NCBI RefSeq assembly: GCF_964204645.1
Contig: NC_134027.1
Location: forward strand, 434,001-498,000
Source of the DNA: Tubulanus polymorphus
Lineage: Eukaryota > Animalia > Nemertea
DNA length: 64,000 bases
Direction of reading: 5' to 3'
Shown here one piece after another: positions 1 through 12,083 of the stretch (position 1 is the first letter of the stretch; every line of letters starts with the position of its first letter). The translations under genes were made by a program, and so were the position numbers. The notes under the pieces were generated by a model. It was not told where the DNA came from. It ran no database searches and saw only the letters and a list, made by a program, of their open reading frames with translations.

Positions 1-159
1 ACGTGATGTTTTGAAATATAGATTCAGGAACATTGACAATTCCTGATTTGAAGCACATGTTTTTACCACAAAGCAGTTAAACTTTACTCTATCTACTGTA
101 TGATTACATTCTAACATGTATTTCTTTCCATTATTTTTCTATCATTCACGCCGAGATCA

Positions 160-360
160 TCTACTCCCAGTGAGAACTGTCTGGTGAACTCAACATCCAA
201 GTGCTGCAGAATCTACCCCCAGTGAGACACTGTCTGGTGAACTCGACATCCAAGTGCTGCAGAATCTACCTCCAGTGAGACACTGTCTGGTGAACTCAAC
301 ATCCAAGTGCTGCAGAATCTACCCCCAGTGAGACACTGTCTGGTGAACTCAACATCCAAG
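160..360 (+). repeat. 53-bp minisatellite, ~3.7 copies (also at 43203-43372 and 44545-44745)
   Basis: Unit cccagtgagacactgtctggtgaactcaacatccaagtgctgcagaatctacc. Period 53 (181 to 234). Confidence 0.95.
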
Positions 361-996
361 GAGATGATCTGTTAATTACACTCATGGTTGTGCTGGCTAC
401 TGATATGGGAGGTATGTATCCTATCTGGAGCCAATTTCACTTTGATTCCAACAACTAATTTCTTATGATTCTCCATTTCATTTTCCATTAGAAGGAACTG
501 TGTTATTATGATTTGTCTGAGTGTCCGTTAATGTTAGTTGAACTGTAACTCAGAGAAGTGAACCGTGGATGTTATAACTCCACAGATGTCATGTATGTAT
601 CAGGACAACTTTCATTATCAATGAATATATGTTTTATTTTTTCATAATCTATGAAATAGATGTCATTGAATCTGTTATTTTCATTTCAGTGTCCTAAGTT
701 TAACTGTAAAGGATAGAACCGATAGCTGAATTGAATTCAACTCCTCCGGCAATGTTTGAGTCAGCTTCAGATATGAGTGGTATGTGTGTATGGAGACGAA
801 TTCAATTTGTGAGAATCTGTGAGATATAAATGTTACAATGTAGAATTTGTTATTCTCATTTCAGTGTCCATCAATATTAAGCTGAACTGATGCAGAATGA
901 ACTTATAGATAATGAACTGAATTGCTGGAGTCAGCTACTACTGGTCTGTGGTATGTGTTTGGAGCCAGAAATTTAACAATGACTGTAATATAATCT

Positions 997-1143
997 CAGA
1001 GCTGCCAACTGTTACTGATTTTCAGTATTTGTAACGATTTTGTTACGAGAAATACTGATTTAGTTAATTCACATTTTGATGAAATGTTACTGAAAAAAGC
1101 TCAATTTGTTGGTGATAACACTTTTCAGGGGTTGGCAGCCCTG
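997..1143. mobile_element. hAT-like MITE with 6-bp TSD
   Basis: TIR cagagctgccaac / gttggcagccctg, flanked by taatct on both sides. Lies inside an intron of the exon array. Confidence 0.85.
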
Positions 1144-3585
1144 TAATCTGATAAATAGATGTAATAAACAGATTGTTCTCATTTCAGTGTCCGATCAATG
1201 TTAGTTACACTATAAGGAATAGACCCAGTAGCTGAATTGAACTGAACTGATCCACAGTGAATATTTGAGTCACCTTCAGATATTAGTGGTATGTCTGTAT
1301 GCAGACAAAATTCTATTTTAACAACTGAGTTTGTGTTTTAAATCTTTGAAATAAGTAGGCCTATAATATCATTGAATCTGTTATTTTCATTTCAGTGTTT
1401 GTCATTATAAGCTGAACTGGTAAATAATTAACGTACAAACTCCACTGGTTGAGTCACCTACAGACACATGGTATGTGTATAGAGATTAATTCAATGAATC
1501 TGAAATACTTTGTTTCTTAGTTATAAATGATTTTCCATTTTGTTTTAATCTGTTAGGAGATGAACTGAACAAATCAACAGTTCGAATTCTGTATCAATAA
1601 GTGGTATGTATGAAAACAGAATTTCAACAACTTATTTCATAATTTCCTGCAATAGAATCTGATAAATAATTGCCATTGAATCCGTTGTTTTCATTTCAGT
1701 GTCAATCATTGTTCGTTGAACTGTAAAGAATGAATGAACCAACATCTTATTTGAACTGAACTCTACAGTCCATGGTTGAATCTATAGCTATAGACATACA
1801 GTACGTGGTGTGTGTGTATGGAGGCAATTTCAATTTAATTGAAACACTTGTTTCATTATAATTATTAATGATTATTATGATTATCCATTTTGTTTTAATC
1901 TGTTTAGGAGAAACCTGAACCAAGGATGTTATATTGCCACAGATATCATGTATGTATCAACGTCTTTCTGTTTTATTCCGTTTCTGTTCTGCAGAAGAAT
2001 CTGAGATGAATATAATGTTATGGACTGAATGTGTTTTCCATTTTAGTTTCCATCAATGTTAGTTGAACTGTAACTGATAGAAGAGAACCATGGACGTTAT
2101 AACTCCCCACAGATGTCATGTATGTATCTGTAGAGGAATCTTTGAGAAATAGATTTTATAGAATCTGTTATTTTCAGTGTTGATCAATGTTAGTTGAACT
2201 GTAATGAGTAAAACCAGTAGTTACTTCACAGTCAATGGTTTAGTCAGTAACAATGTATGTGATGTGGTTTGTGTGCATGGAGACAATTTCATTATTTTCA
2301 TTAATTATTTGTTAGGCAATGACCAATTGTCCATGGGATGACCGATTACTAGTAGATGACCAGGGTTGACCAATTGCCAGATGACCAATTGCCAGAAATG
2401 ATCAGGGAACAGTCAACATGTATGTATCGAGACAATTTTCAGTTGTTTTGAGGAATCTCATAGAATCTGTTATTTTTATTTCAGTGTCCGTCATCATGAG
2501 TTGAAACGAATATCTGATTTGAAGTGAACTCTGCAGTCATTCAACAGTTGAGGAGCCCTTACACATATATAAGTTACGTATTAGTGATATTTACCACTGA
2601 CAGACAATTAAAACAACTTGTATTATAATGATTTGCTGTTTGTGAATGAACTTGAGAACAGTCGCTACTCCTTAATGCTATCAGTTACAGCCACCTTTTG
2701 ATAGAATCTCTGTCTAAACCTCTTGCATGATCATCTCTATCTCAATTATAATATAATAAATACTTATCCTTCATTTTAACTCTCTTCTATTCTAATACAT
2801 TGTATGAGTCAAAAGATGGTTGTCACTGATAGAATTAGGGACGCTATACAGCTGGCTAATTGTCATAATCTAAACCCTTTTTGTGTTCACTGCATACTCT
2901 GTGACCCTCCACTTCAATGCATTTTAATTGATTCAATTGCACCAACTTTTTATTTTTTTTTTCATGTCAGCGTCAATCGTTTTTACCTGCTGCAGGTAGA
3001 AATGAATCCACTGCTTGAGTGGCTATAAAAGTCGGTGGTGAAGACAAGTACACTCAATTGGAGACAATAATTTCTTTGAGATCTGACAGTGGTAGGAATT
3101 GTAACATTTTAATAAATAAGGGGTACATCTAGAAAATTGGAAGACACGTTTTAATTGATATCTGTTATTTTACGTGTTTCAGCTTCAAGTTTATCTGAGT
3201 TCTACCAAATGAGATTATTCACCCATGAAGACTCGACTGATTCATACCCACATAAGGTAGTTGTACTTTCATTTTTATTAAACATTTCAATAATTAAAAT
3301 TGGCGCTATTAAGAAGAAAAAAGAAATTCATAAATTGCATTATTTAAAGTACTTTGATTTAAAACCTATTCATAAATAACAATGCGGTACCGCTGCATAA
3401 CAGATGGCACCACTATACGGTCGTTGGTACTACTAGACTGGTTACCTGTATAATAAGTACAATACAATGAATTTTATTCGCACGGTGACGGATGTATTGG
3501 CATTGAAGCGCTCACTTATAATTCTATTGTATTGAATGTAGACCCAGAAAACCACGAAGGCTGCATTACGATTGCACCTTACACA

Positions 3586-3766
3586 CAGGGCCACCTTCGG
3601 TTATCGGAGTCAGTCGACTTATAGTAGTCCCGGAACTCGGGTGCCGAGTAACTCATGTCAAATGTCGGAACTATATTCCGGAAATAGTTCGAAAATCAAG
3701 CGCATTCGGTTATTAGTTCCAACCACTAGTCGACTAGCTACCGATTACCGAATTTGGCCCAGCCTG
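3586..3766. mobile_element. MITE with long imperfect TIRs
   Basis: gggccaccttcggttatcggagtcagtcgact matches the reverse complement of agtcgactagctaccgattaccgaatttggccc. Confidence 0.65.
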
Positions 3767-3828
3767 TCTAACTCTGGATTCGCAACTGGCAACCGAGTTA
3801 AGTGCTTCTCGCTAGCCAGGTTGCCGCT

Positions 3829-3930
3829 AAGCGGCCACCAGTCTATAATATTAACCCAATCACACGTTGTTTGTCACTCGCTGATTCGCTACGCATCTGA
3901 TTGGCTAGATATATAGACTGGTGGCCGCTT
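3829..3930. mobile_element. Palindromic mini-element
   Basis: 19-bp perfect inverted repeat aagcggccaccagtctata / tatagactggtggccgctt with symmetric inner CCAAT boxes. Confidence 0.7.
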
Positions 3931-4512
3931 GACCATTGAGGCAAGCGAGGATGGTTGCGTGACTTATCGAAATGTTCGCTTGCCACAGCAGGAATACCGT
4001 CCAATGTAATAAGTGTTTATGTATTAATTGTAGGAATGCCTGGTGATGTAGATCAAGTTCACAGAAACTGAAAACAGAAAGAAACCTGGCGGAATCTATT
4101 GTGTATAAATAAATATATTTATTATCGTGTTGTGTTGTTTATTCTGAGTGCGATCTGTGGTGATTCAACCACTTGGTCCTCTCAAGTTTTTTCCCCATCC
4201 AAATTTTTGAATCCGTTTGCGCCGTTTTGACTGAAGTGATCTTTAAATTTGTATTAGTTCTAAGACTTAGACAGGTCTTAAATTCTTTCAGTTGCGGCCA
4301 CCTCTCGACAAAAATCTATTGTACTAATCCTTAATAACTTATAATCGCATGCGTCGAAAGGTGGCTGTCATAGATGGAATAAGAGATATAATCAGTGTCT
4401 AATATGAATACAATTGCGTTTAATTTGAAACTGCTAAACAGTTGCAGTAAGAGTTAAATAACGATCATCGCTGTATCTATGCTTGTGATGCTTGTTTCAC
4501 CCTCAGTAATTA

Positions 4513-4700
4513 CAGAGCTGCCAACTGTTACTGATTGCCAGTATTAGTTAGTATTTTATAACGAGAAATACTGATCTGATTTGTGAAGGTCTTGCCGTTG
4601 ATTACTGATTAATTGAACATTCCTTTGATATTTCAATGAAACGTTACTGAAAAAAATTCAATTTGCTACTGATAGGACTTTTCAAAGGTTGGCAGCCCTG
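4513..4700. mobile_element. hAT-like MITE, same family as 997-1143
   Basis: Same TIRs and internal gttactga motifs. Flanks are taatta / tagtta (6-bp TSD with 1 mismatch). Confidence 0.85.
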
Positions 4701-4786
4701 TAGTTATCTTGGTCTCGCAACTTTACCACCTCAGTACCGGCGACGCTTCACTCGTAATCCTCGCCTTCCATTCCGCGCATTTAGCT

Positions 4787-4882
4787 ATCCTCGCTTGCCG
4801 GGGTTTAATTGGTTCTGCCCAATCAGATGCGTTGTTTTTCTACCAATAAGGGGCGCCAATTTAAACCCCGGCAAGCGAGGAT
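4787..4882. mobile_element. Palindromic MITE
   Basis: Inverted repeat atcctcgcttgccggggtttaa / ttaaaccccggcaagcgaggat. Confidence 0.75.
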
Positions 4883-5026
4883 TAATTTGTCAGCGTTGCC
4901 ACCGTTAGCTCCAGTACTGTGCCATTGTCAGTTAGACTGGGTCTGAAATGGTGGTGGCAAGCTGCAGGTCTGGACTGCGCGACCAACATTTTCCGTTCCT
5001 ACATCCGAAATCTACACGTTTTCTTG

Positions 5027-6240
5027 TAGACTGGTTGCAGGTTGCTAGTTTACATTAGACTGGTTGCCGGTCTCTTCCTGTAGAACGTTTACCGGTCTCT
5101 ATCTTTCATTAGAGACTTGTTGTGCCCATCCTCCATTTTACATTTTCGATGCATGTCAAATAAGGTCAAACATGTTAAGTAGCAAGTTACTTCCTGGTTA
5201 AGATGGCGTCTCTTCGAATCTGCTTGGCTTCGAGCGATATTAAAATTGCCCTTTATAATGGACGGAAAGACATTAATTGCTAAGTATCAGATAAATCCGC
5301 TGATAATTTACCTGGTACTCGAAATACCGACTAACAAGGATCGAAATCTAATGCGAGGTGAGCTCTGCCGCGACCGTCACTGAATACAGAACATTCTGAA
5401 GGAACAGAGGACATCCTTCCTATAACTACCGTTCGTGGGATGTATTTAGTGAATTGATGTTTTAATACAGTGTTGTAAAATGACTATATTTAGTATCTGA
5501 ATAAAGTTTACAATTGCTGAACTCCTTAGTGCTTTGTTAGATCAGATATTTGGATCCACCTCAGCCTACTGATTTCCTGATACAGACAGCAAGTTGGGAC
5601 AGTCAAATTAAGAGATTTGGTCAAGACAAGTTACTCAGATCACACTGGAAATTCGCAATATCCTCTCTCCTCATGGACCACACATTGTCAATGTTGACTT
5701 TGCTAGAAATCGATTATAAAATTCACCACGACCAATTCTTTTTCACTGAATTCAATATTTATTGTTCACTTCTGGTACAAAATCTTGTTCAGCCCCTGAC
5801 AAGAGAATAAACAATGACACTACGTATTTCATGACATAGAACAGTAGTTTTTTTTTCATCGACAAATTGGGACGATCCTGATATCCCTGATTTGAATGAT
5901 AGTGTCTTTAGAATCATAAAGACCATGTCTCGACCAGACAGATAATCCAATCACAATTCAAATTGAAGGCTCGCTAGTGCAGTTATTCACAGAATCCAGC
6001 TCTTTAAACCTCATCAGTTTATCAGAATCGAGGAGTTTCACCGCCTGTTATATGGAATTTCATTTCATGACAGCTAGTGCTGATTCTTTATTCTCTTTGA
6101 TTACTGCATGATGTTATCATTCTGAAATTAAAATACATATCACACTTATAATTAAACCTGGATTGACTTTACAAATTAATGGTTCAGAATCCATTTTTCA
6201 AACTTACCTTGATTAGCATTTGATTCTCTATATATCGTCA
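5027..6240. repeat. Older paralogous module A (promoter motifs plus 3' part of a minus-strand spliced unit)
   Basis: Colinear and diverged relative to 9105-10260. Shared: tagactggttgccggtctct, acttcc..gatggcgtctc, ctgaataaagtttacaat, ccagctctttaaacctcatca and a minus-strand intron at 6122-6207. Confidence 0.9.
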
Positions 6241-6636
6241 GAACATGGACTCAGAGTGTTTCTTTAATGGTTAAGAATGTCTCTTTAACCAACATCCCCC
6301 TCGCCTGCTTCCTACATATCCCTTCCCTTTCCTCCTGATTACCTTTGATCCCCACTGCCTAGCAGCTAACAGCTGCTGCTATTTTATCTGGTTTACATGT
6401 TTTGCAAATAGTGTCTGTTATGCTATAGTTGTTCTTTTAATTGTTTAACTTCTTCATCTGAAATTTCATTATTCTCATTTCAGTTTCACGCAGGAAATGG
6501 TTCATGAAAATCTGCATTGAGACTGGGACGAAATGTGCATTGAGACGGATGAAATCTGCATGAACAGAGATATACTTTAAGATCCCCATTTTATCCATCG
6601 GAGTGAATGTACATCCACTACTCACAGGTAGCAAAC
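5500..6636 (-). ncRNA. Putative minus-strand spliced non-coding or pseudogenic transcript (exons 6636-6208 and 6121-)
   Basis: Acceptor tttgtag at 6637, donor gtaagt at 6207, acceptor tttcag at 6122. No long ORF. Confidence 0.4.
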
Positions 6637-9104
6637 CTACAAACGCTAAACACTCATCCCTGGGCCCTGATTCAAAAATAAAAATAAAAGATTAAATTAA
6701 GAATTAACAATTTTATGAATCAGTGATCAGTTTCATAAAATAAGTCCTAAATTAATTTTAGGGGTTTATTATTTCATATTGAAATGAATTCTTCATGTTT
6801 ATGCAATTCTCATCATCTTTCATTGCAGCATTTATATATTCATTTTTAATCATACATGTGAAATATATAATGTATTTTCAGGGAAACGTAAACAAGAAAG
6901 GAAGGGAAGAAAGAGAAGGGAAGAAAGAGTTGGATGATTAATGCGCACTTATTCTCCATTCCGAATTCCTGTATTCGACTCTAGGTGATCATCATACGAA
7001 CGAGATATAGAAAAAAAACATTACTGAAGTCATCTCTATTTTTTAGTCTCAATTTGTATTTCTAATTCAATTTACTAAGTGTGTAAGTCATCATTTGGAA
7101 GTGTAAGTCATAATTTGGATAAATCGTCACATTACTGAAGTCATCCCTATTTTTTAGTCTCAATTTGTATTCAGTTTACTTCAGATAACGTAATTTGGTT
7201 TAATCACAAGTCGTCAACATTATAATCAATGTAACTACAGTGACTACATTATTGTCCTTTTATTGAGAAATTTATGTTAATTTTTGATTTCTGGGATAAA
7301 TCAAAATTCAAATGTTATCATTTTTTGTATCAAAAATTGTAAACAATTGAATAACTTGTGTGCTATTGAAACATTCAGTTATGGTTAGTTTTTAGCTCAG
7401 AAAACTTTGAGCCTGTTTATACAAGTGTTGTAACAAGTGTTGAACAATTCAAAGATCATGTTTTTTATACTTTGTCATGTTAGAAAAAATGTTTTCTAGT
7501 ATATTGATGTTTCTAAAAAAACATATGATTCAACTTTAAAAGGCCAACAAGCCTTCTAATAAAACTAGTTTGTCATATATATATTACTTGGTCATTGTCA
7601 AGTTTTAAAAAAAATATTTTGGTTTTCTCAGCTTTCTCTGGTGGAAATTTCTTCGTGGAATTCCTCTTCTATACAAGTTCCTCCTCAGACTGTTTTTATG
7701 CGAGAGTTTATAACAACCGGATCCTCAGAAAATGGTCGGAGTGCCAAGTCTTCGATTTAAGATCACCAGTCTTATCTGAGACCATAAGTTCACTAGCAAG
7801 TTTCACTAGCGATTCCAACAGCTATAGGATGGAACAGTATTATTATATAGGTCACCACTGTGCAATTGAGCCCAGATCATCAGAAAAAGATAGTGAAGAT
7901 GTGATGGGATTCATTGAAAATTTTGCATATATAATTAATTCATTGAACTACTTAATTTGTATGATTTATTTTTTGGGAATTTTCGAATTTGTCATCAATA
8001 ACTAGTATATATTTCTTTTCAAGTTGTGAGCGATCTAGTTCTCTGTCGACCCATTGAAAATGAATCGACTCGGACCTGTAGAACTGGACCCAGGGAGCTG
8101 AATCTCGCGTGCCACAGCAAGATACAGAGCTCTTCAATGTCTTAACCTTCAGGTGCTGCCCCTAAACAAATCAATAGCGGTAAATCTGTGAACTAACTTA
8201 TAGCTCGCTTGCCAGAGTAGAATCATAGCGAGCTGTCTAAAATCTTGAACCGTCTAGTGCTGCCACTTAATCGATATGTATCGGAAAAGTGAATTTATTA
8301 CTCGCATGCCACAGTAGTTGTGTAGTTGGAACATCATGATAGACTCGTTTTTCTGTGCAGCTATAACGGGAACTATTTCAGATCTGACAATGAATATAAA
8401 CTCAATCACAGTTCGATAACAAACGCCGCTGGGTGGAATCGATGTAAACAAATAATCGTGTTGAAATTGAATTTAGTTTAAGATATATTTTCGTGGTAGT
8501 TTTTATTTTCAAGCTGTTTACGTTCACTTCAAATGATGAAACGATGAAACTATATTAAATACATCCCTGTTTTAGTGGGGATTTTGAGTTTTGGTCCTTT
8601 CCGTATCTTCTAGAAACATCAAGTAGAAAGGCATTAACTGAACCCTATGTCTTTAACTTCAGGAGTCTATGGAGTTTTCGGATGCCTCTTTTCCTCACTT
8701 CTTGCATTCGTCACCATTAGAATGAATTCAGTTCGACGAGGCCGAAGAACAGAAGACCAAAGAGTGATCTGCACTAGCCGCAGGGTTCGTGTTGGCTTGA
8801 ATCGGTGGGAGGCAATCAAACCCCGACACGTGAAGATGTCATCCTCAAAAATAAGGATACCGGGACGCTTCTCTGGTTTACGATGATTAGTCTGCAGGGA
8901 TAACTCTTCGGCGGGGCGTGATCGCGTGAATAGCCCAAACTAAACCTTCAGAGTTCACTGTACTACAGCATACAACATCTGATAACTTGCATAATAAAGC
9001 GCGGCGTGCATGAAAAGAATTGTATAAATGCGGGCAAGATTCCGTGCCCTGGCAATCGAACGCCAGAGTGGAGGTATTCCATACACTGGTAGGTGAGTCG
9101 GAGC

Positions 9105-10260
9105 ATAGACTGTTTGCCTGTCCCATAGACTGGTTGCCGGTCTCTACCTTCAGTTAGAGACCGGTTGATCCCATCCTCCATTTTACATTTTCCATGCATG
9201 TCAAACATGTCAGTATCGAGTTACTTCCGGGTTAAAATGGCGTCTCATCGAATAAGCGAAACTAGGAGTAATATCAAAATCGCGCTGGAATGATTGATTA
9301 CAGTAAATCAGCTGATTATCTATGAATCATAAATGTAAACAGCAAACAAAAGGAAATTTAAAGACCGAAGAATAGGCATTAATTGCTGTAAGTATCGAAA
9401 TAATCCGCTGATATTTACTCGGAATTCAAACTGACAACTGAATTGATACTTATTCATTTTGTAGGTAAGAAAAAGGGCTCAGCCGCGATAGTCATTCTGA
9501 AGGAACTTGGCCGAAGGGGGACATGCTTTCTTTATAAACCGTATGTGAAATATATTCAGTGAATTGTTTTGTTAATGATGTGAAAATCACTAAAGTCTGA
9601 ATAAAGTTTACAATAGTTGAACTCCTTTGTCAGTGTTTTGCGAGATCAGATATTTGGATCCACTGCAGCATCATTACTTATATTCTCGATACAGACAATG
9701 AGTTGGGACAGACTTGGGTAAGACCAATAATTCAGATCATCTGGATATTCACAATATTTTCCTCTCCTCATGGACCAACATGATTTTTGCTAGAAATTGA
9801 GTATAAAATCGATCAAGAAAAACTCTTTTTTACAGCCATTCTATATTTATTGTCCACTTCTAGTACAAAATCTAATTCAATATAAAGACAGCCTGACAAG
9901 ACGATACATATTTTGTGACATTGCAAATTGTGTGACAACAGAATGACTCTGATATCTCTAACTTAACTCGAATCACAAAGACCAAGTCTTGACCAGACAG
10001 TAGGTCTAAATCCATGCTCGCTCGTGTAGTTATTCATAAATTCCAGCTCTTTAAACCTCATCATCTCAGAATCAAGGAGTTTCATCGTTATTTGGAATCT
10101 AATTTCATGACGATTAGTGCTGGATTCGTTAATCTCTTTGATTCGTGATTGACGTTACTTTCTGAAATTGAATCAATACACATATCACCAACAATTAAAC
10201 CTGGATTGACTTTTCAATTCATGTCCCATCCATTTTTCAAACTTACCATGATACAACGAC
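9105..10260. repeat. Older paralogous module B
   Basis: Counterpart of 5027-6240, with the conserved minus-strand intron at 10162-10246. Confidence 0.9.
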
Positions 10261-10850
10261 AATTCATTCTGTGCACGTTGAGCTCATTCAATTTAATATT
10301 GAGTTGTATCTCAGAAAATCATCATCAGAACACACACAATGACCTACAAATAGACAATCAACAGAATATTTATAAATAAGTATTCATTTACTGTTCACAA
10401 GTTTTAAAAGACATTGTCATTGAAGTGAAGTTACCTGTCGTATAATATTTTCACCACACTGTCACTGAAATTGACTGCTAATGTCCAGTGTCACATTCAG
10501 AATAATCAATCAATCATCTTAAGTGAACTGACAAATTGCCGGTGTCGTGGCCTCTGCTGCATGGCTGTTTCAGTTCAGTACGTCAGTCAGTGGAGATTGG
10601 TTGTTCCATCTCAAGTTCGTTGTTGTTGTCGATTGACGACAGTTCATTCGAGCAGGGTAGATTTTGACGGCGCTGTAACGGAGACATCTTGAATTGTATA
10701 TCGATATTTTCGAAGCCACACGTAGTACAGGTGCCCGCAGAAAGGTTACCTGATAGTTTTGGTCGAGTTTCTTTCTTCATTGGTGTAAAAATCGACTTTT
10801 AAGCGGTCCATGGAACGTAAATCGAGACACTCTGGAGGCGGCCATGTTAC
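9600..10850 (-). ncRNA. Putative minus-strand spliced transcript (exons ~10850-10435, 10343-10247, 10161-); first exon holds a 65-aa ORF (10780-10583) with CxxC
   Basis: Canonical minus-strand splice sites (CAG|gtaact, tttgtag|, ATG|gtaagt, tttcag|), AATAAA near 9846 and an upstream motif cluster. Confidence 0.45.
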
Positions 10851-10859
10851 ATTGTTCAC

Positions 10860-11640
10860 GTGATGAAATACTGAAATCTGATTGGATCCGTACATTCCGT
10901 GGAAGATGGCGGACGGGTTAAACCTGTCCTATTCTGACTGCGCATGCAGGTGGCGCAGAATTGGACAGGCGACCAGTCTACCTGTCCCATAGACACCGGT
11001 AACCAGTCTAGCCACCTCACGATCAGTCTACATTGAAAAACCATTACTGAAATATGGTTGACGGAAATATTCATTTTATATCAGATTCTGAAATATTTTC
11101 CCATATTGATTACAAAATTTCTTCTTATCTTAATAAGATAAATCTGCAAAAGCTCAACAATTTGAATTAGTGAAAACCGATGTGCGAAGTCGTCAATTCA
11201 GTAGCCTGATAGAGCCCGGTAACCAGTCTAACTGTCAATGTTCATTGCGCGGGAATGAACGGGCAACCAGTCTACGATGAAAAATCATTTCTGAAAAATT
11301 ATGAACGGAGATATTCATTTTACTTTGAATTTTGAATTATCTTATAAAACTGACAGCCATATTAACCAAAGTATTAATAGTAAATCTGATAAAATCTAAT
11401 ACCGGTTTTAGAATAGGTGAAAACTGATTTATGTGATGCCGTCGGTTCAGAAGACTGATCCGTAGAATCGTTCGCCACTTTCTTCCGGTCCACTTACTTC
11501 CGCGTTTGTGATTTACATACAAGTAGTTTGAATGTTAAATGTATTAAGCCGCGTGTTGATTGGTTGAGGTCAGTGCGGTTTACTGAACGATGACCAGCTG
11601 TCAGCTGATTGAATCATTCGTTTCACAGACATTACGACGT
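10860..11640. promoter_or_regulatory. Probable divergent promoter region and non-coding first exon (~11614-11638) of the orphan gene
   Basis: YY1-like aagatggcgg (~10902), ETS-like cttccgg/cttccgc (~11482-11503), gattgg CCAAT boxes, Inr-like tcattcg at 11614 and a strong gtaagt donor at 11639. Confidence 0.5.
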
Positions 11641-12083
11641 AAGTATATTTTACATCTTTGATCAAAAATTGTTGTGAAAAAAACTCAAAACTAAGGCCTC
11701 TATAAATGATCGATTGACTTAAAATGATTACTTTAGCACAGCTCTTGTAGACAATGATTAGGTGTCATAGTAGTTTAGCTCGAAAGTGCACATATAAGGT
11801 TAATTTTCATCCGTTATTTAGAGACCGAGGTATTGAGCGTCCATTTCAGCCCTTAAAACATCATCAACCTACCTCAAACTGACTGTTTTTAAATCCAGCA
11901 ATAGTTACCTAACTATTGACTCATCATGGATTCGATTCTAAAACAATTTTTGATGATCATAGTGATTCGAAACATTTGAATTTTTGAAAAACGCGAATGC
12001 TAAACGACGGATCCGGACTTCGATTGCGGCCCAATGGCAGAGTTGATTTTCTTATTTGGAATTTGATTATTTTTCTTATTTGG

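Larger units (their letters stand above)
154..4115 (+). ncRNA. Putative spliced lncRNA built from duplicated exons (approx. 492-592, 690-779, 865-950, 1188-1288, 1396-1470, 1557-1603, 1700-1807, 1908-1949, 2047-2119, 2178-2266, 2316-2419, 2485-; possible later exons ~3183-3256 and 4034-polyA)
   Basis: Repeated module with acceptor ttttcatttcag|TGTC and donor |gtatgt, separated by short introns. The exons I translated have stops in the sense frames. AATAAA near 4108. Confidence 0.6.

Noticed and set aside
412-2600. snoRNA host gene interpretation of the exon array
   Set aside because: Introns are mostly only 60-110 nt and show no consistent C/D or H/ACA boxes with terminal stems.
7595-8005. 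136-aa ORF
   Set aside because: Non-ATG start, AT-rich ends, no recognisable domain and no phase-compatible partner exons found.
8647-9208. Overlapping ORFs, including a minus-frame ILIFEDD Walker-B-like string
   Set aside because: No Walker A motif or continuous frame, and an indel between the copies disrupts the region.
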